In this document: piece after piece, positions 35,319-43,947 of the stretch
Numbering within the stretch: the stretch's first letter is position 1
Layout: every line of letters starts with the position of its first letter
From: an uncultured Bifidobacteriaceae bacterium
Lineage (GTDB): Bacteria; Actinomycetota; Acidimicrobiia; IMCC26256; DASPTH01
NCBI GenBank assembly: GCA_964505725.1
Contig: CAZDJK010000008.1
Span: forward strand, 506-64,505
DNA length: 64,000 nucleotides
Direction: 5' to 3'
Program-made: the position numbers and the translations under genes
The notes under the pieces: model-generated
Databases searched by the model: none
Told to the model about the DNA's origin: nothing
Seen by the model: only the letters and a program-made list of their open reading frames with translations

Positions 35319-36443
35319 TCAGAGCCCGTGGATCGTACAGATGCGCTCGCGGTGCCACGCGGGTTGACCGTAGAGCGCGGCGTCGGTGGTGATGCGCCGC
35401 AGGAACAGATGGTTGTCGTGCTCCCACGTGTAGCCGATGCCGCCGAAGACCTGCCAGCACGTCTGGGCGACGTCGATACCGGCATCGCCCACGAACGCCT
35501 TCGCCATGCTCGCGACCTCGGAGGCGTCGTCGGTGGGCTTCTGGACCGCGCGCACCGCCCCGACCGAGACGCCGTTGCTCGCCTCCAGCAGCATGCTGGC
35601 ATCGGCGAGCTGGTGCTTCACCGCCTGGAACGACCCGATCGGACGGCCGAACGCGGTGCGGGCCTTCGCGTAGTCGACGACGACCCCGAAGAGCTCGTTC
35701 ATCGCACCGACCGTCTCCGCCACCGTCAGCACGACCGCGATGTCGAGCTGGCGGTCGACCAGCGCGCCCGCGCCGTCGAGCTCTCCCACCAGCTCGGCCT
35801 CGGTGAGCTCGACGTCGTCGAAGTGCACACGTGAGAAGCGGCGGCTGAGGTCGAGCCGGTCGAGCGGCTCGACGCGGATGCCCGAGGCCGACGCCGGCAC
35901 GAGGAACTGGCTCACGCCCTGGTCCGAGCCTGCGGTGACGAGGATCCAGTCGGCGAGGTGCGCGTCCTGGACCAGGCCCGCGCTGCCCGAGAGCACGAAC
36001 CCCATGCCCTTGGTCGTGACCCGCGCCGCGGCGCCGGCGTCGTAGCCGCCGTGCTCCCCCGCGACGGCCCAGGTTGCGACGGTCTCACCCGCCACGATCG
36101 ATGGGAGCACTTCGGCCTGCTGCGTGGGGTTGCCGGCCTCCGCGAGCGCGAACGCCGCCACGTTCGCCGGTACGAACGGACCGGGTTGGAGCCCGCGGCC
36201 CCGTTCCTCGGCCACCACGGCCGCGTCGCGCAGGCCTTCGCCCGAGATGCTGCCGCCGCCGTGCTCCTCCGATACGAGCATGGCGTACCAGCCGAGCTCC
36301 GCCGTCCTAGGCAGATAGTCGGCCTCGATGCCGGTCTCGCTCTCGGCGAGCTCGCGCACCTTCGTGAGCGGGCAGTCGGCGGCGATGAACTTGGCCGTGG
36401 TCTCCCGGAGGAGATCCTGGTCGTCGGTGAGGTTCAGATCCAC
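35319..36443 (-). CDS. acyl-CoA dehydrogenase
   Basis: 374 aa, ACAD-like throughout (FGGIGYTWEHDNHLFLRR). Its stop is 14 nt upstream of the next ACAD start. Confidence 0.85.
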   Translation of the reverse strand: MDLNLTDDQDLLRETTAKFIAADCPLTKVRELAESETGIEADYLPRTAELGWYAMLVSEEHGGGSISGEGLRDAAVVAEERGRGLQPGPFVPANVAAFALAEAGNPTQQAEVLPSIVAGETVATWAVAGEHGGYDAGAAARVTTKGMGFVLSGSAGLVQDAHLADWILVTAGSDQGVSQFLVPASASGIRVEPLDRLDLSRRFSRVHFDDVELTEAELVGELDGAGALVDRQLDIAVVLTVAETVGAMNELFGVVVDYAKARTAFGRPIGSFQAVKHQLADASMLLEASNGVSVGAVRAVQKPTDDASEVASMAKAFVGDAGIDVAQTCWQVFGGIGYTWEHDNHLFLRRITTDAALYGQPAWHRERICTIHGL

Positions 36444-36509
36444 GGCGCTATCGCACTCGATCCGAAGCCGCCGTGTCCAATGGTGGCGCGATCACCCACG
36501 GCCGCAACC

Positions 36510-36536
36510 GTGCGGCAGGTGCGGCAGGTGCGGCAG
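36510..36536. repeat. 3 x 9-bp perfect tandem repeat GTGCGGCAG
   Basis: Read directly: gtgcggcag gtgcggcag gtgcggcag, in the 94-nt spacer between two minus-strand genes. Confidence 0.9.
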
Positions 36537-36537
36537 G

Positions 36538-36831
36538 TCAGTAGGCCGCCTCGGCCCGCCGCCGTTGCCGGGCCTGCGCGGCTCCGACGTGGGTCCCGAC
36601 GTCCACGATGAAGGCGAAGATCACGATGAACCAACCGAACCCGGTGACGCCGGCCCGCGGGGCGTACGCGACCGCCCACGCGAGCGTGGTCCACGGCAGG
36701 AAGAAGAATCCCAGCAGGGCGATCCAGAACGAATTGAACGCGTTGCTCATCCGGTCCGAGAAGAGCCAGACGAGGAAGATCGCGAGGCGCGGCGAGAGCA
36801 TCGCGGCGAGCGCGACAAGACAGCCGCACAT
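36538..36831 (-). CDS. small integral membrane protein
   Basis: 97 aa with three hydrophobic segments and a basic C-terminus. ATG 36831 lies 2 nt after the upstream stop. Confidence 0.6.
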   Translation of the reverse strand: MCGCLVALAAMLSPRLAIFLVWLFSDRMSNAFNSFWIALLGFFFLPWTTLAWAVAYAPRAGVTGFGWFIVIFAFIVDVGTHVGAAQARQRRRAEAAY

Positions 36832-36833
36832 GG

Positions 36834-37811
36834 TCAGGCGTCGCTCTCGGCGGCGCCGAGACCCATCGCCCGGGTCAGCGCGTCGGTGACGTCACGGCGG
36901 CAGCGCTTCGCAATCGCGGCCGACGGCACCATCATGTCGAAACCGTGGACGGCGCCCGCGTACACGTGCAGCTCGGTGGGAACTCCCGCCGCGAGGAGGC
37001 GCAACGCGTAGTCGATGTCCTCGTCGCGGAAGACGTCGAGCGTGCCGACGCCGATGAACGCGGGTGGGAGGCCCGACAGGTCGACGGTACGGGCGGGTGC
37101 CGCGAACGCGGGCATGTCGTCGCCTCCCGGCTCGCGCCCGAGGTACGCGCGCCAGCCGAGCTGGTTGGCGTCGCGCGGCCAGATCGGGGCCCCGACGATC
37201 CGGCTCGAGTGGGTGACGTTCCGGTCGTCGAGCATCGGGTAGATGAGCAGCTGGTACGACACCGGGACCTCGCCCCGGTCGCGCGCGAGCTGCACCAACC
37301 CCGCCGCGAGCCCGCCCCCGGCGCTCGCGCCGCCGACGACGATGCCGCCGGGGTCGATGCCGAGCTCGTCGGCCTGCGCGGCCGTCCACACGAGGCCCGC
37401 GTAGCAGTCGTCGAGGGGTGCCGGGAACGGGTGCTCCGGGGCCAGGCGGTACTCGACCGAGACCACGACGCAGCCGAGCCGTTCGACCCAGTGGTCGAGG
37501 CGCGTGTCCACGCCGAACGCGGAGCCGAACATGTACCCCCCGCCGTGGACCCAGTAGAGGCACGGCCGGCCGGTTCCGTCCGAAGGTGGCGAGTAGACGC
37601 GCACCTGCGCGGCCGAGGCGCCCGAGGGGTCGGGGATGGTCACGTCGCGGTGCACTGTGGTGGTCGGCGGTTGCTCGATCGCGTTCGCCGTCGCCATCGC
37701 CTCGCGCACCTTCGGGATGGTTTCGAGCGTGAGCGTCGAGAAGTCGAGGGCGCGTGGTACCGCCGCGAGCGCCTCGGCGAGCTCGGGGTCGAGGGTGCTG
37801 GTGACGTCCAT
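36834..37811 (-). CDS. alpha/beta hydrolase, hormone-sensitive-lipase-type esterase
   Basis: Oxyanion motif VHGGGYMFGS and nucleophile elbow GGASAGGGLA. Confidence 0.85.
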   Translation of the reverse strand: MDVTSTLDPELAEALAAVPRALDFSTLTLETIPKVREAMATANAIEQPPTTTVHRDVTIPDPSGASAAQVRVYSPPSDGTGRPCLYWVHGGGYMFGSAFGVDTRLDHWVERLGCVVVSVEYRLAPEHPFPAPLDDCYAGLVWTAAQADELGIDPGGIVVGGASAGGGLAAGLVQLARDRGEVPVSYQLLIYPMLDDRNVTHSSRIVGAPIWPRDANQLGWRAYLGREPGGDDMPAFAAPARTVDLSGLPPAFIGVGTLDVFRDEDIDYALRLLAAGVPTELHVYAGAVHGFDMMVPSAAIAKRCRRDVTDALTRAMGLGAAESDA

Positions 37812-37884
37812 GGGCCGGGAGCGTACCGTCGTGCCATCCGGCCGTCACCCGGCGGCGGCCCGGCAGCGACGTGCGTCGGCCCGG

Positions 37885-38658
37885 TCAGCCCGCGTCGACC
37901 AGCCAGCTCATGCCGATGTCGCGCAGGCCGTTGGTGAGGCGCGCGGTGACCTGCGACAGTTGGTTGGTCAGCAGGATCACGCCGAACACCGCGAGCACCG
38001 CAGCGGAGACGAGCGTGATCACGCGTGAGTGGCGGCGGAACCACGCCAGCGCATGGGTGAGCTTCCCCATCAGCAGGCCGCAGGCGAGGAACGTGACGCC
38101 GAGGCCGAGCGAGTACGACACGAGCAGCGCGGTGGCCCGCCCGATGTTCTGGCCCGCGGCGGCGAAGCCGAGCACCGCGCCGAGGACCGGGCCGATGCAC
38201 GGGGTCCACCCGAGACCGAAGGCGACACCCGCGACCGGCGCCGCCACCGGACCGAAGCGCTCGAGATGGGGGTGGAACCGGAACTCCTGGTAGAGCCGCG
38301 GCGTCGTCAGCAGCTGCGACCCCGCGAGGTAAGCGGCCATGAGCAGCACGAGCCCGCCCGAGATGCGGGTGAGCGTGTCCTGGTTCTTGAACAGAGCGGT
38401 GCCGGCCGCGGTGGTGACCAGCCCGAGCAGCACGAACACCGCGGTGAAGCCGAGCACGAAGAGGCCGGTGTTCAGCGCGATCCGCCCGAGGTAGTGGCGG
38501 TCGCCGTCCTGCATCTCGCCGACGGAGAGGCCGGTGACGAGGCTGAGGTAGCCAGGGACGATCGGGAGGACGCACGGCGAGAGAAACGAGATCACGCCGC
38601 CCCCGAACGCGGTCAGGAGATAGAGGTTGCCGCCGACGTCGGCGCCGAGCACGGACAT
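37885..38658 (-). CDS. ccdA: cytochrome c biogenesis / thiol-disulfide transporter CcdA (DsbD-core) family
   Basis: ATG 38658; the upstream part of the track ORF is Arg/Pro junk. Motifs FLSPCVLPIVPGY and GWTPCIGPVLG in a multi-helix membrane protein. Confidence 0.85.
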   Translation of the reverse strand: MSVLGADVGGNLYLLTAFGGGVISFLSPCVLPIVPGYLSLVTGLSVGEMQDGDRHYLGRIALNTGLFVLGFTAVFVLLGLVTTAAGTALFKNQDTLTRISGGLVLLMAAYLAGSQLLTTPRLYQEFRFHPHLERFGPVAAPVAGVAFGLGWTPCIGPVLGAVLGFAAAGQNIGRATALLVSYSLGLGVTFLACGLLMGKLTHALAWFRRHSRVITLVSAAVLAVFGVILLTNQLSQVTARLTNGLRDIGMSWLVDAG

Positions 38659-38704
38659 AGTGGTGTGGAAGATGGTACGGCCATGCCCCCCGCCGAACTC
38701 CCTT

Positions 38705-38757
38705 GCAAACTTGCGTCGCTTGGACGGGTTATTTCCGTTCGAGCGACGCAAGTTTGC
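38705..38757. terminator. 16-bp perfect-stem hairpin spanning the stop codon of the DUF4430-like gene
   Basis: GCAAACTTGCGTCGCT (38705-38720), a 21-nt loop, then AGCGACGCAAGTTTGC (38742-38757). The stop codon 38729-38731 lies in the loop. No U-tract. Confidence 0.5.
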
Positions 38758-39589
38758 GGCGGCGGACCCAGACGGCGGCGGCGACGGCGACCGCGAGGAG
38801 GGCAGCAGCGACAAGGACGCCCGTGGGCGAGCCGTGGTCGGGCCGACCCGCCGAGGCGGCGGCCGCCTCGACGCCCGTGCCGTGGCGCGTCGTCGCCGGG
38901 GCGCCGCCGGTCGTGCCGGCCGGGGTCGACGAGGTCGGCGTCGAGGCGTCGGGCGCAGTCGAGGGTGTCGTGCCTGGGTCCCGCGTGGCGCCCGCTGCGG
39001 CCGACGTCCCTCCCGACGCGCCCGAGGCGCCTGGTGTTGCGGCCGCGGCGCCGCCCGGCGAGCTCCCTGCGGTTGGGAGAGGAGCCGGCGGCGGCGCGGC
39101 AGTCGGAGGTGGTGCGCACGCGACGTAGCTGCAGAAGTCGGCCGACCCTCGCGGCGGGCTCTGGCCGGCTTGCCAGCGCCACCCGTCGACGTCGCCGGCG
39201 CGGATCGTGGAGCCGCCGGCACCGACGGACGAGAAGCTCCAGGACCCACCGCGTCCGTGCCAGTACGACCAGAACTCGCCGTTGGGGCCCTCGAGGCACG
39301 ACGGGCCGGCCGGGTTCCCCACGCCGTCGATCGCGCACACCGCGGCGCCGGGCCCGGCGAAGCCCTGCGTCGTGACCGATGCGACCTGCTGGAGCGCGGC
39401 GAGCCCGCTCTCGCCGCTGCCGACGTCGACCTGCGCGGTGCGTACGTGCGAGCCGTAGTCGATGACGATGACGGCGATGGTGCTCCCGGCCGCGGGCGTG
39501 GCCGTCGACAGCGTGGCCGCGCCCGTCGCGCCGGCTGCGATCGTCGCGAAGCCGACGATCGCAGCGAGCGCGCGTGCGACGCGGGTCAT
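38729..39589 (-). CDS. DUF4430-like secreted protein with Pro/Thr/Ala linker and C-terminal membrane anchor
   Basis: ATG 39589 in ATGA overlap with the upstream gene. Has a signal-like N-terminus. Pattern IAVIVIDYG...GLAALQQV...CAIDGVG...FWSYW...GAGGSTIRAGDVDGWRW matches the DUF4430 / transcobalamin beta-domain pattern. C-terminal hydrophobic helix followed by RRRK. Confidence 0.75.
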   Translation of the reverse strand: MTRVARALAAIVGFATIAAGATGAATLSTATPAAGSTIAVIVIDYGSHVRTAQVDVGSGESGLAALQQVASVTTQGFAGPGAAVCAIDGVGNPAGPSCLEGPNGEFWSYWHGRGGSWSFSSVGAGGSTIRAGDVDGWRWQAGQSPPRGSADFCSYVACAPPPTAAPPPAPLPTAGSSPGGAAAATPGASGASGGTSAAAGATRDPGTTPSTAPDASTPTSSTPAGTTGGAPATTRHGTGVEAAAASAGRPDHGSPTGVLVAAALLAVAVAAAVWVRRRKLASLERK

Positions 39590-40992
39590 CCTGTGAACGC
39601 GGGTTGGAGGTTCGCCCCGTCGGCCGCGACGGGACCGGCCGCGGCGGCGCTCACGGTGATGTCGACGCTGGTGCTCACTTCCTGCCCGTTCGGATCGAGT
39701 CCGCTGACCACGAGTTGGTGCACGCCGGGCGGGGTGTCGAGCGGGATCGTGACCGTCACCGAGTAGCTGCCGGTTGCGTCGGTCGTAGTGCTCGCGAGCA
39801 CGACCGGGTCGCTGCGCAGCGTCACGGTGAGGGTGGTGCTCGCGGCGAACCCGCCGCCGGTGAGGGTCACCGCGTCGCCGGGCGCAGGGTTGGTGGTGCT
39901 CGACGTCGGCGGCGCGGGAGACGGCGGCGTCACCGCGCACGTCTCTGCGGGCGCGCGCACGATGGGTAGCCACGACCGCAGGAGACCCTCGACGGCCTGT
40001 GCGGTGGCGAAGGTGTTGACGGGCGGGAACGCATCGTTCGGGCTCGCGATGTGGCCGTCGGGTTGCTGCTGCGACTCGGTCCACGCGTCGGGGCTCGTGT
40101 ACGGCGTTCCCGCAGCCGCGGGGTCGACGGTGTCGCGCCAGCACGAGCTGGTGACGTCGAACCCGGCCGACGTGATGCCCAGCACGGCGAGCGCGGTCGA
40201 GTTGGGATCGTCGGCGCCGAAGGCCTGCCACGCGCCGCTCGGCTGGTGCTGCGCGGCGAGGAACGCGAGGCCCGCGTGCACGTTCGCGTCCGACGCGTTC
40301 GCCCCGCCCGCGACCAGCGCCTCGATCGCGAGCGCGCTCGTGTCGATGTCGAGGTCGCTGCCGTCGGGTTTGCCGCTGAAGCTCCACCCGCCATTGACCT
40401 GCTGAGCCGCCCGGACCGTCGCGAGCGCCGCGGGCGGCGCGGCCCCGCACACGAGCGTCTTGGCGAGGATCCCGTAGAGCGTGTCGTTGAACACCCCGAA
40501 GCTCGGAGTGTTCGCACCACAGCCGGAGTCGAGCTTCGATGCGAGGTCCACCGGGTTCCCGTCGCCGTTGGCGTCGAACGCCGACGAATCGAGCCCGAGC
40601 GGGAACGCCGATAGCACGATGGTCTTGGCCGCGGCGCCGGCGGTGATGTCGCTCGCCGCCTCGGCGTCGAGCGCGTCGAGCGGCGTCGGCCCGCTGCCCC
40701 CGCCGAAGTGGATGGCGGCGAGCGCGGCGCGCGCCTCGCCGGTGCTCCACGTACCGGACGTCTGGGCGTTCTCGGCGATCGCGAGCGACGCGTCGCGCGT
40801 CTCGAAGCCGGGGAACTGCGCGACCTCGAAGCCGCCGTCGCTCTGCTGCTGGGTGACGAGCCACGCGACCGCGGCGGACGCGGTCGACGCGGCGTCGGCC
40901 GCGCCCAGCGGCGGCGGCGACGCGAGGCCGAGCGAGGCGACAACGAGCGCGCACGCGCCCAAGAGGGCGAGCACGCGGGGGGAGCGTGACAT
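39586..40992 (-). CDS. secreted prenyltransferase/squalene-cyclase-repeat (alpha/alpha-toroid) protein with a C-terminal Ig-like domain
   Basis: ATG 40992 after GGAGG. Signal peptide MSRSPRVLALLGACALVVASLGLA. Repeated motifs QQSDGGF, QVNGGWSF and HQPSGAW are typical of terpenoid-cyclase-like toroids. Confidence 0.75.
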   Translation of the reverse strand: MSRSPRVLALLGACALVVASLGLASPPPLGAADAASTASAAVAWLVTQQQSDGGFEVAQFPGFETRDASLAIAENAQTSGTWSTGEARAALAAIHFGGGSGPTPLDALDAEAASDITAGAAAKTIVLSAFPLGLDSSAFDANGDGNPVDLASKLDSGCGANTPSFGVFNDTLYGILAKTLVCGAAPPAALATVRAAQQVNGGWSFSGKPDGSDLDIDTSALAIEALVAGGANASDANVHAGLAFLAAQHQPSGAWQAFGADDPNSTALAVLGITSAGFDVTSSCWRDTVDPAAAGTPYTSPDAWTESQQQPDGHIASPNDAFPPVNTFATAQAVEGLLRSWLPIVRAPAETCAVTPPSPAPPTSSTTNPAPGDAVTLTGGGFAASTTLTVTLRSDPVVLASTTTDATGSYSVTVTIPLDTPPGVHQLVVSGLDPNGQEVSTSVDITVSAAAAGPVAADGANLQPAFTG

Positions 40993-41039
40993 GGTGAACC
41001 TCCGTGTGGCCCCTGGTCCACGAGGGCCTGTCGTCGACT

Positions 41040-41215
41040 GCCCGGAGGCAGCCCTCCTACCGGAGCACCGGTGGCCCGGTGGACAACGGCGGGTAGCCTG
41101 GCTCACGGTCTGCGGGTCAATTCGGACCGCAGTGCCGCTCACAGTTGCGGGTCAGCGTCGGTCTCGCACCGACTTCCCCCGTCCGGCGACGGCCAAGCCT
41201 CCACCGGACCGCACG
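41040..41215 (-). promoter_or_regulatory. cobalamin (B12) riboswitch
   Basis: The minus strand reads ...GGGGGAAGTCGGTGCGAGACCGACGCTGACCCGCAACTGTGAGCGG...GTGAGCCAGGCTACCCGCC.... It contains the conserved GGGAA..GGTG...GCTG.CCCGCAACTGT core and a B12 box (AGCCAGG.TACC.GCC). P1 pairs GGTCCGGTGGA (41200-41210) with TCCACCGGGCC (41073-41083). It sits directly upstream of CDS 39586..40992. Confidence 0.8.
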
Positions 41216-41263
41216 CAACATCCGGGTTGCGCGCAACCGCTGTCGAGGGTGCACCCTAGAGAC

Positions 41264-42388
41264 GTGACGAGCACCGCGCAAACCGTGCCCGCGCCCGTCG
41301 GTGGGCACGCGCGCGGCGAGGTTCGCGCCGGCATCGCACTCGACGCGCCGTGGCACGCGGGCGTGTGGCTGGTGTGGGCGTTGTCCGCCGCCGCGGCCGT
41401 GCAGCTCGCGCCGAGCCCGTTGTACGTGGCCCTCGTCATCGGCATCGCCGCGCTCGCGGTCGGCGCGCACGCGCGGCCGGGCCCGTACACCCGCGCGTTC
41501 CCCCTCCTCGTGGGCGTGGGGGTCTTCTTCGCGGTGGTGCGGATGCTGCTCACCGCGATCACGACGCACGGCTTCGGCCACGTGCTGTTCACGCTGCCGC
41601 AGGCCACGCTCCCGCAGCTGCTCGGCGGGTTCACGGTCGGCGGATCGATCGAGCTCGACGTCATCCTGCAGTCGCTCGCCGAGGGCTTCGCGATCGTCGG
41701 CGTGATGGCCGCCTTCGGCGCGTTCAACGCAGTGGTCTCCCATTCCGAGCTCGTCCAGAGCACGCCGCGCGCGTTCTACGAGGTCGGGCTCGTGGTCGTC
41801 GTCGGCCTCGCCTTCGTCCCGTCGACGCTCGTCGCCATCGGCGACGTGCGCGAAGCCGACCGCGCTCGGACCGGCGGTCACGTCGTCCGCCGCGGGCGGC
41901 TCCTGCGCCAGGTGGTCCCGGTGCTCGAGCTCGGCATGGAGCGCGCGGTCACGCTCGCGGAGTCGATGGATGCCCGTGGTTTCGCGCGTTCCGGGGGCGG
42001 CACGCGCGACCACGTCGCCGGCTGGACGGGGTTGGCGTCGCTGCTCGCGCTCGGCGCAGCGTTCGTGGCGCTCATCGGGCGGGCCGAGATCGCGGCCGCG
42101 GTGCTCGGTCTCGGCGGCGCGCTCGGGCTCGCGGTGGCGGTCCTCCTGGCTTCGTCGGGCACGCGGCGGGCGCGCTACCGGCCGCGGCGGATGACCGGAG
42201 CCGACTGGCTCGTGGCGCTGGCCGCGCTGGCGGCGCCCGCCGCCATGGCCGTGATCGCGATCGTGGGTGACGGGAGCCTGGTCTGGTACGCGAGCCCCCT
42301 GCGGTGGCCGGCGCTCCACGTGCTCCCGCTGCTCGCGCTGCTGCCGCTGCTCGTGCCGGTGCTGGCGCGGAACCCGGGAGCGGCATGA
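41264..42388 (+). CDS. ecfT: ECF transporter transmembrane (T) component
   Basis: The track frame is open from 40481; the earliest plausible start outside the riboswitch is GTG 41264 (start uncertain). Multi-helix protein with CbiQ/EcfT-like C-terminal Arg-rich coupling region (ESMDARGF). Confidence 0.75.
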   Translation: MTSTAQTVPAPVGGHARGEVRAGIALDAPWHAGVWLVWALSAAAAVQLAPSPLYVALVIGIAALAVGAHARPGPYTRAFPLLVGVGVFFAVVRMLLTAITTHGFGHVLFTLPQATLPQLLGGFTVGGSIELDVILQSLAEGFAIVGVMAAFGAFNAVVSHSELVQSTPRAFYEVGLVVVVGLAFVPSTLVAIGDVREADRARTGGHVVRRGRLLRQVVPVLELGMERAVTLAESMDARGFARSGGGTRDHVAGWTGLASLLALGAAFVALIGRAEIAAAVLGLGGALGLAVAVLLASSGTRRARYRPRRMTGADWLVALAALAAPAAMAVIAIVGDGSLVWYASPLRWPALHVLPLLALLPLLVPVLARNPGAA

Positions 42389-43947
42389 CCGCGATCGAGG
42401 TGCGCGGCGTCTCCTTCGCCTACCCCGACGCCGCCCGTCGCGCGCTCGAGGACGTCGACCTCGGCGTGGAAGCGGGCGAGCTCCTGCTCGTGATCGGTTC
42501 GTCGGGATCGGGCAAGAGCACGCTCCTGCGCACCATCAACGGGCTGGTACCGCACGCGAGCGGCGGCGCGTTCGGCGGCGACGTCGTGACGTTCGGGCGC
42601 TCGACCCGGACCCACCACCCCCGCGAGCTCGCCGACGTCGTGGGCTTCGTCGCCCAGGATCCCGAAGCGCAGTTCGTGGTGGACCACGTCGAGCGCGACA
42701 TCGCGTTCGTGCTCGAGAACCTCGGGTTCTCACCCGCGGCAATGCGCCGGAGAGTGGAGGAGACCCTCGACGCGCTCGGCATCGCGCACCTGCGCGATCG
42801 CGACCCGTCGACCCTGTCCGGTGGTGAACGCCAACGCTGCGTGATCGCCGGCGCGCTGGCGGCCGCGCCGTCGGCCCTCGTGCTCGACGAGCCGACCTCG
42901 CAGCTCGATCCGCAGGGCGCCGACGACGTGCTCGCGGCGCTCACCCGGCTCAACCACGACCTCGGCACCAGCGTCGTGCTGGCCGAGCACCGGCTCGACC
43001 GCGCCGCGCCGCTCGCCGACCGGGCGGTGCTCGTCGACGCCGGCCGCGTCGGTGCGCCGCAGTCGCCCGGCGCCGCGCTGGCCACCTACCCGGGCGCGCC
43101 GAGCGTCACCCGGCTCGGCCGCGTGCTCGGTTGGGATCCGCTGCCGCTCACCGTCCGCGACGCGCGCGCGCTCGCCGCTCGCGACGCGACCGCCCTCCCG
43201 CCACCTCCCGAACCGGTCGCCCGGGAGCCGGGCGCGCCGCTCGTCTCCGCGGAGAAGATCCGCGTGGAGCTCGGCGGCCGCGCCGTCCTCCGCGACGTCG
43301 GCGTCACCGTCTCCGAGGGCGACGTGGTCGCGCTGTTCGGGCGCAACGGCGCGGGGAAGACGACGCTCCTGCGCGTGCTGGCGCGCCTGCTGGCGCCCGC
43401 CCGCGGCACCGTGTCCGGCGACGCGCGCGCGGCCTACGTGCCCCAGAACCCGAACACCCTCCTGTTCGAGCCGACGGTGCGCCGGGAGGTGGAGGCGACG
43501 CTGCGGCTCCTCGGACGCAGCGACGGCGCCGCGGTGGCGCGATGGCTCGACGCCCTCCATCTCGCCCATCTCGCCGACCACCACCCCCGGAGCCTCTCGG
43601 GCGGCGAGCGCCAGCGCGTCGCCATCGCCGCGGTGGCAGTCGGCGGCGCGCCCCTTCTCCTCCTCGACGAGCCGACCCGGGGCATGGACGCGGGCTCACG
43701 GGACGCGCTGGAGCACGCCGTGCACGCGCACGCGAAAGGAGGCGGCGCGGTCGTGCTCGCCACCCACGACGTGGAGCTGGCGGCGCGGTGCGCCACCCGC
43801 GCGGTCGTGCTGGGCGACGGCGAGGTGGTCGCGGAGGGCGACGCACGCGGCGTGCTGGCGGGCTCGTTGTTCGCGCCCCAGGTGCTCCGTGTCCTTCCTC
43901 CCTACCTCACGGTCGAAGAGGTCGAGGCGGAGATGACCCGCCGATGA
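42385..43947 (+). CDS. fused tandem ECF/ABC ATPase (EcfA-EcfA')
   Basis: ATGA overlap at 42385-42388. Two full ABC modules: GSSGSGKST...LSGGERQR...LDEPTS and GRNGAGKTT...LSGGERQR...LDEPT. Confidence 0.9.
   Translation: MTAIEVRGVSFAYPDAARRALEDVDLGVEAGELLLVIGSSGSGKSTLLRTINGLVPHASGGAFGGDVVTFGRSTRTHHPRELADVVGFVAQDPEAQFVVDHVERDIAFVLENLGFSPAAMRRRVEETLDALGIAHLRDRDPSTLSGGERQRCVIAGALAAAPSALVLDEPTSQLDPQGADDVLAALTRLNHDLGTSVVLAEHRLDRAAPLADRAVLVDAGRVGAPQSPGAALATYPGAPSVTRLGRVLGWDPLPLTVRDARALAARDATALPPPPEPVAREPGAPLVSAEKIRVELGGRAVLRDVGVTVSEGDVVALFGRNGAGKTTLLRVLARLLAPARGTVSGDARAAYVPQNPNTLLFEPTVRREVEATLRLLGRSDGAAVARWLDALHLAHLADHHPRSLSGGERQRVAIAAVAVGGAPLLLLDEPTRGMDAGSRDALEHAVHAHAKGGGAVVLATHDVELAARCATRAVVLGDGEVVAEGDARGVLAGSLFAPQVLRVLPPYLTVEEVEAEMTRR

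Noticed and set aside
36510-36536. Possible CRISPR or mini-array
   Set aside because: There are only three contiguous 9-bp units with no spacers and no cas genes. It is a simple tandem repeat.
38729-40954. 741-aa minus-strand ORF as one gene
   Set aside because: Only its last 286 codons (from ATG 39589) are protein-like. The upstream part is an out-of-frame overlap of the toroid-protein gene 39586..40992, which has the signal peptide and RBS.
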